This document shows positions 54,511 to 64,000 of a DNA stretch of 64,000 nucleotides, piece by piece. Source of the DNA: Eledone cirrhosa (lineage: Eukaryota); the NCBI GenBank assembly GCA_964016885.1, contig OZ024744.1, forward strand, positions 103,354,001 to 103,418,000. Direction: 5' to 3'. A model generated the notes under the pieces. It ran no database searches, had not been told where the DNA came from, and saw only the letters and a program-made list of their open reading frames with translations. The stretch's first letter is position 1; each line of letters begins with the position of its first letter. Position numbers and translations under genes: made by a program.

Positions 54511-56080
54511 ATCATCATCATCATTATCATCAACGTTTAACGTCCGTGTTCCATGCTTGCATGGGTTTGGACGGGAGTTTTCCCACTTGAGGCAAGAGTG
54601 ATTATCTTGCTCGCATAGGACTATCTGGCGGGTTTTCTACAGTTTGATGCCCTTCCTAACACCAACCACATTTACAGTGTGGGGCTGGGAGGTTTTTACC
54701 GTGTTGCCTACACGGCCACATTACAGCGTGGACTGTCTGGCGGGTTTTCTACAGCTGGATGCCCTTCCTAACACCAACCACATTTACAGTGTGGGTCTGG
54801 GAGGTTTTTACCGTGTTGCCTACACGGCCACATTTCAACGTGAAATGTGTTTTTTTGTCGTGACACCTACACGATCTAATTTGTTTCGGCCTGGATGTTG
54901 TGGCACCAACATAACTTTACATTGAAAGGGGCGGTGTGGATGGGGTGGGGGTGGTGGGACGGGGGTGTATTTTGTTAGAGATGCCTACTGACTGTAGTAG
55001 GTTTTACTTTGTATTTAGGTAAGGCAGGTCTTCTCTATTACTGAGTACCGCCAAAGGTCTCGGTCCAGTGACATTGTCTTGGTGATGTGTAAGTGTGTGA
55101 GGTCGGAATTTATCAGCTCGTCCCAGGTCTTTCTGGGTCTGCCTTTTCCGTGGCTACCGTCTATCTTTATTGCCCTGCACTTTGTTATACAGCTATCATC
55201 TTTCATGCGCATCACGTGACCATACCAACGTAGCCTTCTCTCGAGTAAACAACATATGATCCCTCTTATTTCTAATTTTTTCCTTAGTTCGTTTATGCTT
55301 TGCCGTTCACGTATATTACTATTACACATCCAGCGGAGCATGCAAGCTTCGTTTCTCTCTAGTCTGCGTATATCCTCTGCACACATGCCCAGGTCTCACT
55401 GCCATGCAACATTGTTGTTCGTATGCAGGCATCATACAACCTGCCTTTCATTTTTAGGGAGAACCCTTTAGCGGCTAATAGTGGTATAAGCTCTCTGAAC
55501 TTTTTCTATCCAGTTCTGACTCTAGCTACTGTACTTTCAGAGCACCCTCCCCCACTGCTGATTTTGTCACCCAGGTAACGGAAGCTGTCCACTATTTCTA
55601 TAGAACCCTCTGCGCAGTTGAAAGAGCTAGTATTTTGTGGGCACTTGCTGCTACTTATTGCACCAGAGCACCAGCCACATGTAAAATCTATGTTCTTAGT
55701 TAGCTTACCTGTGATCCCACTACATCTTTTATGCACCCATACTTTGCATTTGGGACATAAAATGGAGTTTCTACCTACGCCTTTCCTACACACTGAGCAT
55801 GGCCATTTCCCGGAGGGGACCGGCGCCTTATTTTCTTTCCTACAAACTAGAACTTTAGTCTTAGCCAGGTTAATTTTAAGGCCTTTTGACTCTAGGCCGT
55901 GCTTCCATGTTTGGAATTTCTTCTCTAGCTCGGCCATTGATTCCGCTATGAGTGTCAGGTCGTCTGCGTATAGGAGTTCCCATGGGCAGCCGGTCTTGAA
56001 CTCCTCTGTTATAGCCTGAAGGGCAATAATAAATAGGAGGGGGCTAAGAACAGAGCCCTGATGGACGCCAACTTTTACGC
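54511..56080 (-). mobile_element. 5'-truncated RTE-clade LINE (different subfamily) with long 3' UTR and (GAT)n tail
   Basis: VGVHQGSVLSPLLFIIALQAITEEFKTGCPWELLYADDL, PHD-type CSVC/CPKC/HKRC/CGWC, FRYLG, RLRWYGHV, GRPRKTW. Premature stop at 55506, frameshift near 55400, ORF end at 55015. Confidence 0.93.
54618..54836. repeat. ~112-bp tandem duplication in the RTE 3' UTR
   Basis: GGACTRTCTGGCGGGTTTTCTACAG...CACGGCCACATTT starts at both 54618 and 54730. Confidence 0.9.
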
Positions 56081-56258
56081 TATATATATATAATGAGAAT
56101 ATGCGAAGTAGTTTCAGATGTTAAAGTCCTTGAAGTGCATCAATGTTTACCATAATATATATATATATATATATATATAAAACGAAGGAAATATGGTAAG
56201 GAACCAGATGGACCACAACGCACCAAAGTACTCAATACTTAGGGTAGTAGAGTGGGTA

Positions 56259-56316
56259 ATAGGAACAAGTATGACCCCGTCCAGAATTAGCCATCGAAAC
56301 GGGGGTCATACTTGTT

Positions 56317-56321
<5 letters not shown>
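56259..56321. repeat. Perfect 20-bp inverted repeat with 23-nt loop
   Basis: ATAGGAACAAGTATGACCCC (56259-56278) pairs with GGGGTCATACTTGTTCCTAT (56302-56321). Confidence 0.9.

Positions 56322-56384
<63 letters not shown>
56319..56384. repeat. (TA)n microsatellite
   Basis: Uninterrupted TA run. Shorter TA tracts occur at ~52455-52522, ~56156-56178 and ~56684-56701. Confidence 0.97.
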
Positions 56385-56389
<5 letters not shown>

Positions 56390-56473
56390 TTTACATATAC
56401 ATTTGTTGATAAACATACATTACACATATGCAAACACTACAGTACAATGTACTATGTTAATATAATTGTTTCT

Positions 56474-56572
56474 ACTTTTGACACAAGGCCAGCAATTACC
56501 CAGTACATTACTGGTACTTTATTTTATCGACCCCGTAAGGATGAAAGGCAAAGTTAACCTCGGCGGGATTTG
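56474..56572 (-). mobile_element. tRNA-derived SINE fragment of a type recalled from octopus genomes
   Basis: Minus strand reads TCAAATCCCGCCGAGGTTAACTTTGCCTTTCATCCTTACGGGGTCGATAAAATAAAGTACCAG, a partial B-box followed by a SINE core. Family assignment is from memory. Confidence 0.65.
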
Positions 56573-56618
56573 ATAATAATATATACACAGCATGTTTAAA
56601 CTATAAACTATGACTGAC

Positions 56619-56678
56619 CTTCATCTGGGGTAATACAATCACATGTAATACACTCGCGATCATCTATGATGCCGAAGT
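56619..56678 (-). CDS. Candidate small exon 1 (60 nt, phase 1-1), (x)FGIIDDRECITCDCITPDE
   Basis: Acceptor TATATTTCAG and donor AAG|GTCAGT. Only phase 1 is stop-free, and it splices in frame to micro-exon 2. Confidence 0.6.
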
Positions 56679-56726
56679 CTGAAATATATATATATATATA
56701 TGTGTGTGTTTATGTATGTATATGAA

Positions 56727-56909
56727 CATCATCATCATCATCATCATCATCATCATTAAAGTCACCACCATTTTTGTCAACCTCATCATCATCATCATCA
56801 TCAACATTATCCTCATTATCATCATCATCATTGCCATCCTCTTAAAAATTATCATAATCATCATTATCAACATCACTATCATCATCGACAACACCATTTA
56901 CATCACTAA

Positions 56910-56943
<34 letters not shown>

Positions 56944-57259
56944 GACACCATTGTCATCACTAGCATCATCATCATCATCAACACCATTATCGTCACCATC
57001 ATTCTCATCATTAGCATCGTCATCGTTACTATAATCCTAATCATTATTGTTATCGCTATTATCATCATCACCATCAGCACCATCATTATCATCATCATCA
57101 TCATTGCTCTCATTATCATCATCATGTCAAAATCCTCATTATCATGATTAGTGGCATCATCAATATAGTCATCATCATCACCATCATCATCATTTTCATC
57201 CTCCTCCTCATTATCACCATCATCATCCTCCTCCTCATTATCAACTCCATCACCACCAT
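56727..57259. repeat. Degenerate (ATC)n / (TCC)n simple-repeat tract
   Basis: Long imperfect ATC run; it accounts for the poly-I, poly-M and poly-D ORFs in the track. Confidence 0.95.
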
Positions 57260-57284
57260 TTAACATCTCTTTTACCTGCCAACA

Positions 57285-60200
57285 AGGTGTGTATATCACC
57301 AACACCAGGTAGGTTATCATGTTTATGACACAGAAGAATATAGTAGGTGTGTATATCACTAACACCAGGTAGGTTATCATGTTTATGACATAGAAGAATG
57401 TAGTAGGTGTGTATATCACTAACACTAGGTAGGTTATCATGTTTATGACATAGAAGAATGTAGTAGGTGTGTATATCACTAACACCAGGTAGGTTATCAT
57501 GTTTATGACATAGAAGAATGTAGTAGGTGTGTATATCACTAACACCAGGTAGGTTATCATGTTTATGACATAGAAGAATGTAGTAGGTGTGTATATCACT
57601 AACACCAGGTAGGTTATCATGTTTATGACATAGAAGAATGTAGTAGGTGTGTATATCACTAACACCAGGTAGGTTATCATGTTTATGACATAGAAGAATG
57701 TAGTAGGTGTGTATATCACCAACACTAGGTAGGTTATCATGTTTATGACATAGAAGAATGTAGTAGGTGTGTATATCACCAACACTAGGTAGGTTATCAT
57801 GTTTATGACATAGAAGAATGTAGTAGGTGTGTATATCACTAACACCAGGTAGGTTATCATGTTTATGACATAGAAGAATGTAGTAGGTGTGTATATCACT
57901 AACACCAGGTAGGTTATCATGTTTATGACATAGAAGAATGTAGTAGGTGTGTATATCACCAACACTAGGTAGGTTATCATGTTTATGACATAGAAGAATG
58001 TAGTAGGTGTGTATATCACCAACACTAGGTAGGTTATCATGTTTATGACATAGAAGAATGTAGTAGGTGTGTATATCACCAACACTAGGTAGGTTATCAT
58101 GTTTATGACATAGAAGAATGTAGTAGGTGTGTATATCACCAACACTAGGTAGGTTATCATGTTTATGACATAGAAGAATGTAGTAGGTGTGTAAACCACC
58201 AACACTAGGTAGGTTATCATGTTTATGACACAGAAGAATGTAGTAGGTGTGTATATCACTAACACCAGGTAGGTTATCATGTTTATGACACAGAAGAATG
58301 TAGTAGGTGTGTATATCACCAACACTAGTTAGGTTATCATGTTTATGACACAGAAGAATGTAGTAGGTGTGTATATCACTAACACCAGGTAGGTTATCAT
58401 GTTTATGACATAGAAGAATGTAGTAGGTGTGTATATCACCAACACTAGGTAGGTTATCATGTTTATGACATAGAAGAATGTAGTAGGTGTGTATATCACC
58501 AACACTAGGTAGGTTATCATGTTTATGACATAGAAGAATATAGTAGCTGTGTATATCACCAACACTACGTAGGTTATCATGTTTATGACACAGAAGAATG
58601 TAGTAGGTGTGTATATCACCAACACTAGGTAGGTTATCATGTTTATGACATAGAAGAATGTAGTAGGTGTGTATATCACCAACACTAGGTAGGTTATCAT
58701 GTTTATGACATAGAAGAATATAGTAGCTGTGTATATCACCAACACTAGGTAGGTTATCATGTTTATGACATAGAAGAATGTAGTAGGTGCGTATATCACC
58801 AACACTAGGTAGGTTATCATGTTTATGACATAGAAGAATGTAGTAGGTGTGTATATCACCAACACTAGGTAGTTTATCATGTTTATGACATAGAAGAATG
58901 TAGTAGGTGTGTATGTCACCAACACTAGGTAGGTTATCATGTTTATGACATAGAAGAATGTAGTAGGTGTGTATATCACTAACACCAGGCAGGTTATAAT
59001 GTTTATGACACAGAAGAATGTAGTAGGTGTGTATATCACCAACACTAGGTAGGTTATCATGTTTATGACACAGAAGAATGTAGTAGGTGTGTATATCACC
59101 AACACTAGGTAGGTTATCATGTTTATGACACAGAAGAATGTAGTAGGTGTGTATATCACCAACACTAGGTAGATTATCATGTTTATGACATAGAAGAATG
59201 TAGTAGGTGTGTATATCACCAACACTAGGTAGGTTATCATGTTTATGACACAGAAGAATGTAGTAGGTGTGTATATCACCAACACTAGGTAGGTTATCAT
59301 GTTTATGACACAGAAGAATGTAGTAGGTGTGTAAATCACCAACACTAGGTAGGTTATCATGTTTATGACACAGAAGAATGTAGTAGGTGTGTATATCACT
59401 AACACCAGGTAGTTTATCATGTTTATGACACTGAAGAATGTAGTAGGTGTGTATATCACCAACACTAGGTAGGTTATCATGTTTATGACACAGAAGAATG
59501 TAGTAGGTGTGTATATCACCAACACTAGGTAGATTATCATGTTTATGACATAGAAGAATGTAGTAGGTGTGTATATCACTAACACTAGGTAGGTTATCAT
59601 GTTTATGACACAGAAGAATGTAGTAGGTGTGTATATCACTAACACCAGGTAGGTTATCATGTTTATGACATAGAAGAATGTAGTAGGTGTGTATATCACT
59701 AACACTAGGTAGTTTATCATGTTTATGACACTGAAGAATGTAGTAGGTGTGTATATCACCAACACTAGGTAGGTTATCATGTTTATGACACAGAAGAATG
59801 TAGTAGGTGTGTATATCACCAACACTAGGTAGATTATCATGTTTATGACATAGAAGAATGTAGTAGGTGTGTATATCACCAACACTAGGTAGGTTATCAT
59901 GTTTATGACACTGAAGAATGTAGTAGGTGTGTATATCACCAACACTAGGTAGGTTATCATGTTTATGACACAGAAGAATGTAGTAGGTGTGTATATCACC
60001 AACACTAGGTAGATTATCATGTTTATGACATAGAAGAATGTAGTAGGTGTGTATATCACCAACACTAGGTAGGTTATCATGTTTATGACATAGAAGAATG
60101 TAGTAGGTGTGTATATCACCAACACTAGGTAGATTATCATGTTTATGACACAGAAGAATGTAGTAGGTGTGTATATCACCAACACTAGGTAGGTTATCAT

Positions 60201-63200
60201 GTTTATGACACAGAACAATATAGTAGGTGTGTATATCACCAACACTAGGTAGGTTATCATGTTTATGACATAGAAGAATGTAGTAGGTGTGTATATCACC
60301 AACACTAGGTAGGTTATCATGTTTATGACACAGAAGAATGTAGTAGGTGTGTATATCACCAACACTAGGTAGGTTATCATGTTTATGACATAGAAGAATG
60401 TAGTAGGTGTGTAAATCACCAACACTAGGTAGGTTATCATGTTTATGACACAGAAGAATGTAGTAGGTGTGTAAATCACCAACACTAGGTAGGTTATCAT
60501 GTTTATGACATAGAAGAATGTAGTAGGTGTGTATATCACCAACACTGGGTAGGTTATCATGTTTATGACATAGAAGAATGTAGTAGGTGTGTATATCACC
60601 AACACTAGGTAGGTTATCATGTTTATGACACAGAAGAATGTAGTAGGTGTGTATATCACCAACACTAGGTAGGTTATCATGTTTATGACACAGAAGAATG
60701 TAGTAGGTGTGTAAATCACTAACACTAGGTAGGTTATCATGTTTATGACATAGAAGAATGTAGTAGGTGTGTATATCACCAACACTAGGTAGGTTATCAT
60801 GTTTATGACATTGAAGAATGTAGTAGGTGTGTAAATCGCTAACACTAGGTAGGTTATCATGTTTATGACATAGAAGAATGTAGTAGGTGTGTATATCACC
60901 AACACTAGGTAGGTTATCATGTTTATGACACAGAAGAATGTAGTAGGTGTGTATGTCACCAACACTAGGTAGGTTATCATGTTTATGACATAGAAGAATG
61001 TAGTAGGTGTGTATATCACCAACACTAGGTAGGTTATCATGTTTATGACACAGAAGAATGTAGTAGGTGTGTATGTCACCAACACTAGGTAGGTTATCAT
61101 GTTTATGACATAGAAGAATGTAGTAGGTGTGTATATCACCAACACTAGGTAGGTTATCATGTTTATGACACAGAAGAATGTAGTAGGTGTGTATGTCACC
61201 AACACTAGGTAGGTTATCATGTTTATGACATAGAAGAATGTAGTAGGTGTGTATATCACCAACACTAGGTAGGTTATCATGTTTATGACACAGAAGAATG
61301 TAGTAGGTGTGTATATCACCAACACTAGGTAGGTTATCATGTTTATGACATTGAAGAATGTAGTAGGTGTGTAAATCGCTAACACTAGGTAGGTTATCAT
61401 GTTTATGACATAGAAGAATGTAGTAGGTGTGTATATCACCAACACTAGGTAGGTTATCATGTTTATGACACAGAAGAATGTAGTAGGTGTGTATGTCACC
61501 AACACTAGGTAGGTTATCATGTTTATGACACAGAAGAATGTAGTAGGTGTGTATGTCACCAACACTAGGTAGGTTATCATGTTTATGACATAGAAGAATG
61601 TAGTAGGTGTGTATATCACCAACACTAGGTAGGTTATCATGTTTATGACACAGAAGAATGTAGTAGGTGTGTATGTCACCAACACTAGGTAGGTTATCAT
61701 GTTTATGACATAGAAGAATGTAGTAGGTGTGTATATCACCAACACTAGGTAGGTTATCATGTTTATGACATAGAAGAATGTAGTAGGTGTGTATATCACC
61801 AACACTAGGTAGGTTATCATGTTTATGACATAGAAGAATGTAGTAGGTGTCTATATCACCAACACTAGGTAGGTTATCATGTTTATGACATAGAAGAATG
61901 TAGTAGGTGTGTATATCACCAACACTAGGTAGGGTATCATGTTTATGACATAGAAGAATGTCGTAGGTGTGTATATCACCAACACTAGGTAGGTTATCAT
62001 ATTTATGACACAGAAGAATGTAGTAGGTGTGTATATCACCAACACTAGGTAGGTTATCATGTTTATGACATAGAAGAATGTAGTAGGTGTGTATATCACC
62101 AACACTAGGTAGGTTATCATGTTTATGACATAGAAGAATGTAGTAGGTGTGTATATCACCAACACTAGGTAGGTTATCATGTTTATGACACAGAAGAATG
62201 TAGTAGGTGTGTATATCACCATCACTAGGTAGGTTATCATGTTTATGACATAGAAGAATGTAGTAGGTGTGTATATCACTAACACTAGGTAGATTATCAT
62301 GTTTATGACATAGAAGAATGTAGTAGGTGTGTATATCACCAACACTAGGTAGGTTATCATGTTTATGACATAGAAGAATGTAGTAGGTGTGTATATCACC
62401 AACACTAGGTAGGTTATCATGTTTATGACACAGAAGAATGTAGTAGGTGTGTATATCACCAACACTAGGTAGGTTATCATATTTATGACATAGAAGAATG
62501 TAGTAGGTGTGTATATCACCAACACTAGGTAGGTTATCATGTTTATGACATAGAAGAATATAGTAGCTGTGTATATCACCAACACTAGGTAGGTTATCAT
62601 GTTTATGACATAGAAGAATATAGTAGGTGTGTATATCACTAACACTAGGTAGGTTATCATGTTTATGACATAGAAGAATGTAGTAGGTGTGTATATCACC
62701 AACACTAGGTAGGTTATCATGTTTATGACACAGAAGAATGTAGTAGGTGTGTATATCACCAACACTAGGTAGATTATCATGTTTATGACATAGAAGAATG
62801 TAGTAGGTGTGTATATCACCAACACTAGGTAGGTTATCATGTTTATGACACTGAAGAATGTAGTAGGTGTGTATATCACCAACACTAGGTAGGTTATCAT
62901 GTTTATGACACAGAAGAATGTAGTAGGTGTGTATATCACCAACACTAGGTAGATTATCATGTTTATGACACAGAAGAATGTAGTAGGTGTGTAAATCACC
63001 AACACTAGGTAGGTTATCATGTTTATGACATAGAAGAATGTAGTAGGTGTGTATATCACCAACACTGGGTAGGTTATCATGTTTATGACATAGAAGAATG
63101 TAGTAGGTGTGTATATCACCAACACTAGGTAGGTTATCATGTTTATGACACAGAAGAATGTAGTAGGTGTGTATATCACCAACACTAGGTAGGTTATCAT

Positions 63201-64000
63201 GTTTATGACACAGAAGAATGTAGTAGGTGTGTAAATCACTAACACTAGGTAGGTTATCATGTTTATGACATAGAAGAATGTAGTAGGTGTGTATATCACC
63301 AACACTAGGTAGGTTATCATGTTTATCACATTGAAGAATGTAGTAGGTGTGTAAATCGCTAACACTAGGTAGGTTATCATGTTTATGACATAGAAGAATG
63401 TAGTAGGTGTGTATATCACCAACACTAGGTAGGTTATCATGTTTATGACACAGAAGAATGTAGTAGGTGTGTATGTCACCAACACTAGGTAGGTTATCAT
63501 GTTTATGACATAGAAGAATGTAGTAGGTGTGTATATCACCAACACTAGGTAGGTTATCATGTTTATGACACAGAAGAATGTAGTAGGTGTGTATGTCACC
63601 AACACTAGGTAGGTTATCATGTTTATGACATAGAAGAATGTAGTAGGTGTGTATATCACCAACACTAGGTAGGTTATCATGTTTATGACACAGAAGAATG
63701 TAGTAGGTGTGTATGTCACCAACACTAGGTAGGTTATCATGTTTATGACATAGAAGAATGTAGTAGGTGTGTATATCACCAACACTAGGTAGGTTATCAT
63801 GTTTATGACACAGAAGAATGTAGTAGGTGTGTATATCACCAACACTAGGTAGGTTATCATGTTTATGACATTGAAGAATGTAGTAGGTGTGTAAATCGCT
63901 AACACTAGGTAGGTTATCATGTTTATGACATAGAAGAATGTAGTAGGTGTGTATATCACCAACACTAGGTAGGTTATCATGTTTATGACACAGAAGAATG
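57285..64000. repeat. 60-bp tandem satellite, right array (~112 monomers, continues beyond right edge)
   Basis: Same consensus and orientation as the left array. Begins at monomer position 12, shows no indels and has private variants (ACCAGG, CTGAAG, AATCGCT). Confidence 0.99.

Noticed and set aside
56664-57270. Poly-Ile, poly-Met and acidic ORFs
   Set aside because: They are translations of the (ATC)n microsatellite.
1-64000. CRISPR array interpretation of the periodic repeat
   Set aside because: Monomers are head-to-tail with no unique spacers, there are no cas genes, and the context is eukaryotic.

Overview
Eukaryotic genomic DNA, most likely cephalopod (Octopus-like); this organism call is inferred from recalled RTE-LINE tails and SINE motifs, not from a search. 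About 83% of the window is one 60-bp satellite, consensus AAGAATGTAGTAGGTGTGTATATCACCAACACTAGGTAGGTTATCATGTTTATGACAYAG. It forms two same-orientation arrays: 1-46500 (775 monomers, runs off the left edge) and 57285-64000 (~112 monomers, runs off the right edge). I saw no indels in either array, and there are many higher-order duplication blocks. The ~10.8-kb island between the arrays holds two decayed RTE LINEs with a PHD-type finger in the RT, two R4/Dong-clade fragments, SINE pieces, a TGT...ACA inverted-repeat element, microsatellites and local duplications. The main hidden feature is a minus-strand chain of four candidate micro-exons (60, 36, 42, 42 nt). All have canonical splice sites, lengths divisible by 3, and are open together only in phase 1. 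Three sit in duplicated exon-intron modules, and in the closest pair the exon has diverged, almost entirely non-synonymously, far more than the flanking intron. A phase-1 donor just past the right array raises the unproven possibility that the 20-aa satellite frame (LCHKHDNLPSVGDIHTYYIL)n is itself a giant exon of this gene. Most long ORFs in the supplied track are artefacts of a stop-free 60-mer.
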